Shown: positions 52,466 through 64,000 of the stretch, piece by piece
How the letters are laid out: every line of letters starts with the position of its first letter
How positions within the stretch are numbered: position 1 is the first letter of the stretch
Assembly: GCF_000150275.1 (NCBI RefSeq)
Contig: NW_002060953.1
Span: 1,461,693 to 1,525,692 of the forward strand
Length of the DNA stretch: 64,000 bases
Source: Trichoplax adhaerens
Taxonomy: Eukaryota > Animalia > Placozoa
Direction: 5' to 3'
Notes under the pieces: model-generated
Database searches by the model: none
Seen by the model: the letters and a program-made list of their open reading frames with translations, nothing else
What the model was told of the DNA's origin: nothing
Program-made: the position numbers and the translations under genes

Positions 52466-55400
52466 TAGGTGTATGAGAGTACTTTTCCTTTACAGTGGGC
52501 AACTTTTATAATTTAAACATATTAATCAATTTTCAAAGTATTCGCGTTCATTAATATCCAACTATTTAGCTTGGATGAAATATGGAAGCTAAAGTAAGAC
52601 AATAAACTTGACGAGAGCGAATTCCGAGCTTGTTGATGAAATAGATAGAACCTAGAATTACACAAAAACCGTTGCTGTGAATTTGGGTTATGCTATATGC
52701 AATTTTTAGCAAAATGCTCCCGATTCATAGCAGTGTGAGAGGGCAAAAAATATTGAAAATCTAGAAATTCCTATTTCTCGAATGTCTGAGCCTGTAAGAT
52801 ATTCCAGGTAAAGTTGTAGTACTTAATACAATACGCTTAAGCGTAAATTAGACTAAAATAGATACTATACATCCAGATCGTGCTCATAATTTCATCAAAT
52901 GTACGACGTGTGTAGGATCCATGTGGTCTAATATGTTGATTACAGCTATTTATTTATCATTAATTTTATCCGCATAAAGTTCAAAGAAAAATGTGTTTAA
53001 TTAATAACTACGAATAATACCTTGACTTCTATGCATAAATGTAATCACCTCCGTATTATTCAAAAGTCGTCATTCCGCTTCAGATTGATAAGCTCAGAAG
53101 TGGTGACTGATTCTCTTCCTTAAAATTAATCTTCAATTTAATAATTTAGAATTTTAAAATATTAAGTGGTGTCACAAACCAGCTTCGCGACAAGGATTAC
53201 GTAAAACAAATCTCTAAATTACTATAGTCTCCGGGATTCAGTATCCATTAACTACTTCACAAGAATTTAGACGCCTTTGATTCTATGTTAAACTCAACTA
53301 GACAATTGAGAACTGCTTTATTCCAACTATCTGACGGGCTTATATACCCTTCTACAGCAGCTAACATTCACGAGTCATCTTATAAAAATACTTAGGTGAG
53401 AACATCTACTAATTTTTCACAGTCGGACTACAATATGTCCATTCACAGAATCGTTTCAGTGCACATTACAGCACAGCATTAAATTTACTGTAACACATTT
53501 ATAATTAGACTAATTCCTGTTGTAAGTAGATAGTTGTAATATATTATCACTATATTATATTAACCAAATTTAGATAGCTATTTCTTCACGGTAGTTCGTA
53601 CCGTGACAAGTCGGTATTCTTGTATTTCTCTTTAGGAGTTCTATAGAAAGGCTGTAAAAATATTAAGAATTCCTATTTATCCAATTAAAATTTGATGTCA
53701 TCCGTATTTCTATTTATAAGTAAATGATAATGTTTTGAAAGCATCTAACTTCTACAATCGAATTTAAAAGTGCATAGAAACTATTCTGTGATGCATTTAT
53801 TTGAACCTTTGCTCCTATTATCTATCTTATAAGACTTGTTTTGTAATGAAATGATTTTTTTTAAAGTTAATACTTTTATTGATTGACGTTAGCTTCTAAT
53901 TAGATTCGATTTATCACTGTGTAGTGTTTTTAAATATTTGACTAAAAAAGATTAATGATAAAGCTTAACTTTCATGCTTAAATAGTTTAGTTATGGAAAA
54001 TCGTTTTTTTTAAGAAAAATATATGAACAATTGTCTAAGTATAGTCTTAAAGAATACTAAAATTGTAATCAATACTCGATCTTACGCGTTACCCAATAGC
54101 TTTTATAAACGCAAGCTAAGAAGAATTTTTTACTTGTTATTATTTTCATTTTAGACTGCAGAAATTACTAGGCTTAAATACGATATCCTAAGTAAAGATC
54201 TATTAATAGGCATTTTGATTATGTCAAATTATTATCCTGAAACTGTTACTGAAAACGCTGGATCAGAACACACTGCAAAAATTTATTGCTTATCCATTGA
54301 CAAATTTTGTAACATACGAGTAGTTGCACATGCTTTCGGCTGTTGCTTTTCTACAAATTTTAGTTAATTACTCATATTTGATATGGTTATTGCTCAAATG
54401 AATCTTCTGTTAATGCCTGGAAGAAAATTACTTTTATTGTGCAGTATTTCTAATACTGTAACTGCATTCTTCTCTAGAATAGGAGAAAAGTCTGAATGAT
54501 GTAATAGATTTATTTAGTGTCACTTACGGGTAATTATTGCCGTATTTTTCACTTAATAATTAATATTTTGTTTAGTAACATTGATAAATAGTTACTCAGC
54601 AGATTGGGTGATAGAATATACCGATGATGGAATTCTGAAGACTTTTCTTTCATAGCTAATTCACTTTGCACGTAATCGAAAAATTTTAATTATTCGATTA
54701 TGCTTTAGTTCCTGGATAAGGAAAAACAAAGTACTGCATTAATAAATAAAGTTTTTACTGTAATAAAGTTGTTAGTAGTTATTTACAATTACTTTTCGAT
54801 CATTAAACACCTAGCAATTTTAGATTCCTTGTAAATGAAGGCGAAATCTTCGGAAATAAATTAAGAGATTTCATATAGATTGTTCCTGCAATTTTAACTC
54901 TGTCGTTTATGAAAGCTTGGCTTAGATGATTTACTTTAGAGATAGTTTAATGATAATATGCGTCTAGGAAAATTTACTACCAGTAATTCATATTATACTA
55001 ATTAAAAGTCCTATAAGGTAATACATGCAACGAAAAGTTAGAACAATGTTTAGATTTTCGCGTTAAACACCTTGCTTGATTGTTATGAACGAATAGATTT
55101 TTAATTCAATTCCAGATTGTATGATCATTTTTCTGTACACATATTACTTTTTCAATTTTTTGTCGGAGTTCGTGTAAAGATTTGCTTCAAGTTTAGTGAA
55201 TTAATATTCATATTGGTTTCTTTACACAACTGTACATTCCTAATAGTAAGCAAGAACATGCTTATATGAGTTTATAGACGTCATTACGTTTGATTTATGT
55301 TTACTTATCAGCTTGCTTAGACTTTTTAGGCGTTCATTTACGAAATTTTAAATGTTACCATCTAAGTTCATAATTGGAAATTAGAAAATGTAAGAATTTC

Positions 55401-58400
55401 CCATTCTGAAATCTAGCTATATCTATCTATAAGCTGGAAAATATTTCGTAATTGCTTAAAGTTCGTAGGGTATGACGATTGAATAAAATTTTTAATGCAA
55501 TTTTGAATTGAAATTCATGCTAAATTGAAAGCACTTTCGTCACAAAACAGCTTTGCAACAAGAAACACTTTTGCTCTGCTAGCAGACTACACAAAGACTT
55601 AAACGCCTCGTATTTTACGTTAAACACTAAGTTGGACAATTCTTCTTTGTTTCACGATATACTGCATTTATATACTGTTCCTCAATAGTTCATGAGTCAT
55701 AGTTAATACAATTAACCTCGGAATCATTTACTGAATTAAATATTAATTTTAGCTACTGCTCCCTTAATGCGGACAACAGTATTTACGAACATAGACATGT
55801 AATGACTAATACAGAATAGTCAGATTACGATATGTCCTATCACGGAACATTTCCATGATAATTTACAGTCTACCATAAGTAAATTACAATCACAATGATT
55901 CGAACTGTAAGCAGATGATTTGCATTCCCTATTATAACTATTATAATTTCAGTATGTGTATAAGTGTCACTGTCATAAAAAGTCAGTGCTATATTAAAAT
56001 ACAGTATATCCAAATTAGAAGTTAACTAAATAAGGATAGTCTAACAGAATTATCCTAACATAGTTATTTCTACTGTAATACAGTATTTAACACTGTAACA
56101 ACTTTACATTGAGCTTTGTCTATTATAGGAATGATGCGATTATTTGATTCTTATATTATAATTAATTCCGCTATAATGATTACGAAAACAACCCTTAGTT
56201 TTGTATTGGCATACGAGCTAAATACTATTTCCCCTTTCCAAGCTTAATAACTAGCGGTCAATTGCGTGTTCTCAAATCTGTTAGAGTATTCACTTTATTG
56301 CGCTGAATAGCCCTAAGAATTAATAATCCAGAATTTTAATTTTTAATAGTAAACTTTATGTCCACCAGCTCAACATTTATAGTGTGTTGAACTCTAGTCA
56401 TTGTTATGTTAAGAGAATTTGACGCAATTATAGTATAAGTGACGAATTAAGATATTAAAGAGAACACTGATGCTATTATTTTATCGTAGAATGAAAATCC
56501 ATACAATTAGGATTACGTTCATTATTTGCTAATATGGATTAATAATTAAGACAACAAGACACCACTTGATGCCATGTTGATTCTAAGAACAGCCTACTTA
56601 AATTTCATCTTCTCAATCAAACCAGTTAGGAATAGATTCGTCATTTTAACAAGCGATCTTATACATTTATTAGAAAATAATAACTTCATAAATATTATGA
56701 CCATAAATAACAAATGTACATGCGATTATATTTCGGTACTATTATCCTTGGCATTTTAAATTGTGCCGTAAATCATCCACAAGATACTTCATTGTAGACT
56801 TGGATTAGGAAGACACTTTCCCAAAACCGAAATTTAATATGTCTTACTTGAAATTAGCTACGCTACAAAATATATAACAATTCCTGGTAAATCGTTCAAT
56901 TTATTACAATAGAAGCTATTTCGAGCATTATTTTTCTATGACAGTAGCTTTCATATTTTTAAACACTATAAATTGACATTACAACTTGAAGATTTAAGAC
57001 TATATCTCTACCGATCAAAATATTTTAATTTCAAGTTAATGCAATGCGAAATAAATTTTGCATCTGTTGTAAATGCTTGTCAGTAAACCAACGCTCATTT
57101 TATTAGAAATTTGGATACTTCAAAACACATAATTTACTAATGTTGTTAGTAAGAGCAACCGTTAATTTTTCAATGATTCCTTCGAGAATTGGACATTTGT
57201 AATTAATTGTTTCATTCAACACTATAATAAATGATGGTGTTTACCTCATAATGACATCCTGGTAAGGATTTCATTAATAATGTATTTAATTAAAGATTTA
57301 AATGATATATTTTCACAACTGATATTCATTTTTATCGCATACTGATACAAAAATTATATCTGAATATAGCATCAGTTAATCATCCGTGTCTTTGGCAAAG
57401 AAATGAATTTTTAAATTATGAATATTGGTAACATTTGATTGTTTAATTTCTAATTAATATTATAGAACTATTTTGACGACGGAACAAATGTATCAATAAT
57501 TAAATGATACATCAAAATATAGATCGTCTATGTCATCAACTCAATAACCAATTAATGAAGATGAATAACACCTGCCATTATCCAATATTTAATAACTTAA
57601 GTATTCATTACTCAAAATATTATTTTATGGCAGAAAAAAAATTGGATTAAAATGCAATAGACGTAATGCCTTCAATATACGACTCAATTTAATTCAAAGC
57701 ATCATGGCTATACGAAGACAAAGAAAACTCGACCCAATTTCAGATTATGCTATGCAAAGTTAACTTATCTATCAATGCAGCTACTCAATAATTATGTGAA
57801 TGGAATGCTTTACACAGCTTTTGGTACATATGCAAGTCGACTGTTAATTTATTACTAGTTTAACTGTAATCATTAAAAATACTAAGAAAAATAAATTTTA
57901 CATTACTTAAATTTGATTATTAACTACTGTAAAATTTATTTTTCGTATACGCAAATGTATGAAGCAATTTAGACAAGTAAGTTATAGCAACATAAATTAA
58001 TTTTATTACATAGTATAGCTTTCAGTATTAAATTTTATAAGTTTGGCAAACTTGTAAGAAAGCTATTTTACTGTATTAAAATATGATATGTACGTATAAA
58101 AAGCTAATTCGGTCTATCATGGCAACATTTAGATTATAAGTACATATTTTTAGTGGGTCTATTTATTTCAAGGTTTCGTTATATTCATAATGCTAAATGG
58201 AGATCATGAAACAGGCAATAGATAATTTGAGAGTGAATCTAATGATATCGTAATTTAAAAGTTCGAAATTAAACATTTTAACGTCATTCATGTAAAATTA
58301 TCAGCTCTCCTGGAAATTACATGTAACATACGTATATTATATATTGAAATGGATCGCTTTAAACATATAAGCAAATTTCTGATCATTAGCGTATGCCTAT

Positions 58401-59719
58401 TATGACACCATATTGCTCGTTTGGAATAATTTAATTGCAAATGTCAATACGGAACATTATAGACTATTGCAGAAAAAATTAAAATTTGGATTACTAATAT
58501 GAGCGCCTTAAATTTCTATTTTCTAAATGTATTATCCTTTTATTTCAAACAAGAGAAAACTTAATAGCTGATAAAAGATTCAGTCGCTCATTGTTTCATC
58601 TTTTGAGCTCAAATAGTTTAATTTATTCACTCTTGTACTTTATAATATGCGAAACTCGCTTCAGCAGCATGCTAAATTACTACCGCGAATGATCTTGCTT
58701 TGCAATTGATGACTATGTGGGGTTATTATATTAAAATATAATGTTTCTGAAAAAGAAAATTTATTTCTCTTATTAAATCAAAACCTGAAAGCTAGGTCAC
58801 AAAAAAAATCGTAGTATCTTATCGGTTACGCGTTAAGCTATACCGATTTAGTTTGACATTTAATACTTCTGCGGCTTTTAATAACATTTTATTATAGTTT
58901 TCTATTTTTTCTATTTTACTTATTGTACATCTTTATTTACAATATCTGAATTTGTTCTTTATGTTATTTAAAAGTTTCTCTTGCATTTAAAATCTGTCGT
59001 GGGAGGTATGCTTTATGTACGTCTAATATCATATCTTTTGTTCATTCAAACTAGAAAAATACCTCTGTCGTCATATGTAAAAGAAGGAATTTACCTTTAA
59101 CTTGCACTATCAATCCATTGGCATTAATGTAAACTAGCGAAAGAGAACTAAATCCGGAATTATCGTCGCTATTTCACCACAGTATTTTCTTCGAATGAAA
59201 GCATTTCATACATTTTCTATGAATCTGTTGGAAATATAGCGAACTTTTTCATGTAAAACTGTTAATTGCATATACAGTCGACATATAATTAACAAGAACA
59301 AATTTAACCTGTTTTTTCTTTTCGATTTGGGAATCATCTTAATTTAGATCCCTTTGTAGAAGAATTTTCAAGGTAGTAATCTTACAGGAACAGACTTGGC
59401 ACTAGTAATTTTTGCAGTGTAACTCAGATTTATTGAGGCTTACGAAATGAATACTTAAATTTTCAAAACGCACAAAGAAGTTTTTAAATTTATCATTTGA
59501 TAGAAATTTTGGTAGTTTACGAAATATCTTATTTCTAGGCGCATACAACTATTTTGGAATACTTTTCATCTAGCTATACCACTAAAACATTGTCAAACCT
59601 GCTGCTCCATGCTGTCATATTTCGTCATCGTTTATTACTAGCTGATATATCTCAAAGTTTTTCCTTGCTCAAATTTATTATAATTATCAATCGATTCATT
59701 ATACTTACTTACTAAAGAA

Positions 59720-61000
59720 ATGTGGGCCAAGGAAAGCAGTCGATTTTTATTGATTATCTATATTCATATATTATTCTTCTCAATTAAGTCTATGGCGATA
59801 GAATTTGGAGATATAAGAGTTGAAGCAAAAGGTTTTCCCCCACTTAGTGGCAATCATGTGGCTGGAAATCAAGTGTCGAATATAAATGGTCGCTATGGTC
59901 AAGAAATAGACTTTAAGACGGTTTATATCTTTACCGTATTCATCACCGGAATTATCTGCAATGCCATCGTTATTGCTACTATTGCTTATAATCGCCAACT
60001 TCATTCTGTAACTAATTATTTTATTGTCAGTCAATGTTGCGCTGATTTCTTATTTGCGGCTTTAGTTTTACCTGCATACTGTCTGCAAGGTTTATTAGGC
60101 TATTGGCCATTTATGCCAGAGTGGTGCGCTATCCATGCTTGCTTATCAATTAGTTTAGTAATGACATCATTACTCAATTTATTTGCAATAAGTCTGGATC
60201 GATATTTGGCCATATGTCGGCCTTATCAATATCACACTTGGATGACTACACGCTTCGTGATTGGAATGCTGCTATATATTTGGTTTCAGCCGCTTCTGCT
60301 AGCCTTGATTCCAGTATTTGGTTGGAGAGGTGTTCAATCAACTATTGGCAGTCATTGCGTTGTCGATTTATTTCTATACATAAAACAAGAGAGAATTTAT
60401 TTGTTAATTATTACATTAATTAACTTTTATATCCCAGCAACAATAATGTTTACTTTATATATCCTGATATTTAAAGTTGCTATCCGCCATATTCATAATA
60501 TTGAACAACAAAGGAATGTTCAAAGAAAGCAACATTATTTTGGATCTATTCAAGATCAACTTAATCATCGTTATTTGCGCTTAGCTAAAAACGATTTTCG
60601 ATTAATACTTGTCTTTGTAGTTGTTAATGGCGCATTTTATTTATGTTGGACGCCATTTATGACATTTGGCTTAATAAGCTTATTCCATTTAGGACCTGTA
60701 ACTGATAACTTAGGAATTGCTTGTAGTCTAATGGCGTTTACAAATTGTACACTCAATCCGATCATACATAACTTTTTTAATCGAGAAATTCGAAGCGGAT
60801 TTTTCAGGATGGTTTGCTTCCATACCAGACGCAAGCCTATCAATAGGAGCAACACGCATATGTCAGGCACTCAATGTTCGTCTACTCATGGGAGTACATT
60901 TGTTATACGTCACGATCTTATTTCTGCTAAGGATAAAGCGATTATCGAGCAACTGGTTAACGTGAGCAGGATGAAAGCAAAGAAAGTGACTTATATTTGA
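59720..61000 (+). CDS. Class A GPCR, amine-receptor-like orphan, paralog of the 41562-43750 gene
   Basis: Seven TM segments with CN, CAD, DRY, CWTP and NPIIH. It shares CNxIVIATI, TNYFxxSQxxAD, QxLLGYWPF.PxWCAI, YIWxQP and KxDFxL with the minus-strand GPCR. The true start may be ATG 59792, which follows an acceptor-like ttcttctcaattaag. Confidence 0.9.
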   Translation: MWAKESSRFLLIIYIHILFFSIKSMAIEFGDIRVEAKGFPPLSGNHVAGNQVSNINGRYGQEIDFKTVYIFTVFITGIICNAIVIATIAYNRQLHSVTNYFIVSQCCADFLFAALVLPAYCLQGLLGYWPFMPEWCAIHACLSISLVMTSLLNLFAISLDRYLAICRPYQYHTWMTTRFVIGMLLYIWFQPLLLALIPVFGWRGVQSTIGSHCVVDLFLYIKQERIYLLIITLINFYIPATIMFTLYILIFKVAIRHIHNIEQQRNVQRKQHYFGSIQDQLNHRYLRLAKNDFRLILVFVVVNGAFYLCWTPFMTFGLISLFHLGPVTDNLGIACSLMAFTNCTLNPIIHNFFNREIRSGFFRMVCFHTRRKPINRSNTHMSGTQCSSTHGSTFVIRHDLISAKDKAIIEQLVNVSRMKAKKVTYI

Positions 61001-63123
61001 GATTAGGCAGTTTCAGTAATATATGGTTGCATAACATTTTCTAATGCGAAAGATTCATTTATTGCCATCTCTCCTTATAGAAGATTTCCAAGCTTAAGTT
61101 TCAAATCCACCGTAAAATTGCTAAATATTACCAGAGCCATACTCATATAAGTAATTTTGCAAGAAATATGAGATTAAAAAGAAATAATATTCTCTTTCAT
61201 TATAAAATAACTTTAGGAATAGAAATACTGACATAATAATTTTTGAGAGGTGAATATTTTAAATTCCTTTACTAAATCATAGAAAAATATTTCTATCATC
61301 AAGTTTTGTAGTTTAGTCGTATATCTGGAACATATAAAGGTATATTTGTATAGTACCTATTTAATTGAGGTTGATAAACTCTCTTCATATATCATAATTA
61401 TTGACTATCTTAAATATTTTAATGAAGGTAATTCTGACGCTAGATATTAGGATTTATAAGTATATGCCATGCCAAATTTTTCCCTCGTAACCTGGAATAG
61501 GCATTTGGTAAAATGCCAATTTTCCTTTTTTAAATCTCATCTTTAAGAAGTTGTTGACATGATGTTATGTGTCACTAGTAAGCGAAGTAACTATTTGGGG
61601 TAATTTAATTAAAATCAAAAATTAATAACCTCCAAGCATAGAAAGTTCAGATGAATAAAACAAACAAACCATTTTAGTGATATGTAAACTAAAAGATACT
61701 ACGGTGTACTTTGTAGTATTAGCTTAGAAGATATCAATTATTGATACAATTGTAGTAGGATTTTGAAGAAAAAATGAAGCTGTAACCAAATGATATTGTA
61801 TAGGAAGGCATTGATATTATAATTTAAATTTATGATTAAATAAAGGATATCATAACAAGAAAATACTGATTCTACATTGAGTAGATTAAAAGTTTGATTA
61901 AAAGTTCAGTGTGTCTTATGTGCTATCTACTGTATTTTAGAAGATAAAATTTGCAGTATATGCTTGTACAGTAAATGACTAGGGTTACATACGCTTAACA
62001 ATCCCGCTCAAGGCTGCTTTTCTTACAGGATAGTTTATGCTGTTGGCATAACGATATCGATGTTAATTATTCACTTAATGCCAGTTATAGTTGTTATAGT
62101 TAAGTATATCGTGATGGGAAGGAGCAGGGATTAGCTCACGAAGTACTCCGACTATCGAAACGTTGGTATATTCGACTTATTGACTCGCAATAACTTGGAA
62201 ATCTTCGGTTAAGTAGTACTCCTCTTCTCGATTAGCTACACTGCCAGTAACTGCGAACTAAGAATAATGTAATGCACGTGTATCCTAAGGTATTGCCTGG
62301 TGATGCAGGGCTTCTAATCTCTCAGGAGAAATTCAAGTTACTAATTGTACATTTCGACTACCAATTTTGAAGAAACAGCTGACTCCCGAATACTTGAATA
62401 CTATACAATCTAAATACAAGTTTTCGTTATGATGTGTGCGAACAGACAAGACTGATCGGTCCTTTACGCCTAATTTACATTCTAAACCGCAAGCGAGTAC
62501 AAAACTAAGATTAAAACAATAGCCCTTTTTTTGATCACTAAGCTTGTGAAACTTCAGATTTTATAAATGGTTTAAGTTACGTACACTATTGCTGCATTTT
62601 TTGATTACTATTATTAAATTATTCAAGTTCTATTCCGTCACAAATCGTAATTTGTAATTAACAATATGGCTTATAGAGTAAAAATTGACGTTAGGAAAAT
62701 ACTGTCAATATCTTCAAGAGTATTTACAAAAAAATCTTATGAATAGTACTAGTACATTATTGTAGCAACTACATCAAACGGCCGAAATGAGAGAAACACA
62801 GTAAAAGCACTATTCTTAACTTCTTAATACGATCCGCTTAAATATATGGAATACCAATTTGTTATCGAACCAGAATATTGGATAACCTCTGTTATTCCGT
62901 TAATACTCTCTGTAGGATGCGTCAAGAGTTCATTAATTAAGCATCCTATACGAGGCGGCATCTGACAGGAAAGAGAAATATTGCAAGGATGCATTTCTAG
63001 TTTCCTCTTCATAATCCCAACTGTAGTTTTCGATCGTTGCTAAGTTACTCCATATAGCAAAATTATCCAAGTACTATGGTCGAGCGTTCACTAATTCAGT
63101 ATGAAATCTGTTTTCTACTGAAG

Positions 63124-63790
63124 TATGCGGACGGTCGATTTTGAGTTGAATCATTTTTTCTAAATTTAGTACTATTACTTTAAAATTGAATTTTATTATC
63201 TATGACTAAGTTTTGCTTAGAAAAATTTCTATAAGGTTATCAATATTAGTACCAGTAATATAGGAAACAGACGCGGAAGATCATTAATCGAGTAGCCATT
63301 TTTCGAAATTTATGGCCTCCTTTGGTGAGAAAAGTCCGCACTGTCAGCCGATTGATCGATCTTGGATGGACAGACGTTTTCAGCCTCATCGCGTTAAATA
63401 TCTGTACCAAACAGTCGGTTATAAATATAATACTGTATATAGGTCTAGCTGGACTTTACCGGTAACAGCCAGCCATTACTGGTAATGGCCGGATTCCCGG
63501 CTATGGCCGTAACATATTTGACTATGTCACACTATACGGACGGTCGATTTTAAATGGACTGATTTTTTCTCAATTAAGTAATATTACGTTGAATTTTATT
63601 ATCTTTTACCAAGTTCCGCTTAGAAATAGTTATGTATAAGATTGTGGACGTTATTTAATTTACTACCAGTGATTTGGAAAAGATACTAAGAAGGAAGTAG
63701 GCATAGTACGATATTTGCAGCCTCATTTGTTGCTGAAAGTCCGTCTGTCTAGACACTCTTGGACGGACTGACATTTGGAACAAGATCTGG
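63124..63790. repeat. Diverged direct duplication (~250 bp blocks, ~410 bp period)
   Basis: tat.cggacggtcgatttt..ttttttct.aatt.agta.tattac..gaattttattatct....c.aagtt..gcttagaaa starts at ~63124 and ~63533. Both copies continue to gcctc.tttg.tg..aaagtccg..ttgga.ggac.gac. Confidence 0.75.
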
Positions 63791-63832
63791 TTAAAATATT
63801 GCGCCAGAAGCAAAATTTGTTACTGTTACATT

Positions 63833-64000
63833 ACGATCGGGACGCGAAATGATGACACCCCTCGTCCTGTCTTTCTGTCCTTCCATTTGGTAATGATGGT
63901 ATACACTGCGGTACTGTATATGATGCAAAATATCTGTCGGCAGAGTACAAAACAGCAAGACTGGATGACGAGGAGTGACATCTTTTCGGGTCCAGATCGT
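63833..64000. mobile_element. Fold-back/MITE-like imperfect inverted repeat, possibly truncated by the window edge
   Basis: Left arm 63833-63878 acgatcgggacgcgaaatgatgacacccctcgtc..gtctttctgt is roughly 80% identical by eye to the reverse complement of 63952-64000 (acgatctggacccgaaaagatgtcactcctcgtc..gtcttgctgt). Confidence 0.55.

Noticed and set aside
44400-59700. Short 60-85 aa ORFs in the long intergenic region
   Set aside because: AT-rich random-like composition, often non-ATG starts, and no domains or consistent splice structure.
59720-59791. Signal peptide on the plus-strand GPCR (MWAKESSRFLLIIYIHILFFSIKS)
   Set aside because: The hydrophobic stretch coincides with a T-rich acceptor-like tract ending in AG just before ATG 59792, so it is probably intronic; it cannot be resolved without cDNA.

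Overview
AT-rich eukaryotic (animal) genomic DNA with many short GT-AG introns. Gene content and style (beta-carbonic anhydrase, compact multi-exon genes, orphan amine-like GPCRs) suggest an early-branching invertebrate, most likely a placozoan such as Trichoplax; this is inference only. Genes I can support, in order: an intronless five-domain ubiquitin-like protein ending in a CaaX motif (+); a 13-exon gene missed by the ORF track with three tandem CxxC..HxxC 'half-LIM' zinc fingers (+); an intronless prokaryote-type Zn alcohol dehydrogenase that looks thaumarchaeal, a horizontal-transfer candidate (+); a decayed GPCR pseudogene (+); WDFY2 with a U12-type minor intron (-); beta-carbonic anhydrase (-) head-to-head with an RG/RGG-rich orphan gene (+); an FLVCR/SLC49 MFS transporter (-); FBXO36 (+); and two divergent paralogous class A GPCRs lacking Asp3.32. 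Also present are composite TACAG/CTGTA satellites, a near-perfect 61-bp palindrome, remnants of a Ginger/KRBA2-type transposase, a LINE and a WD40 gene, and a fold-back element at the right edge. I found no tRNA, rRNA or CRISPR. Exon structures were assembled by eye from splice signals and reading-frame phase; homology statements come from recalled family knowledge, not database searches.
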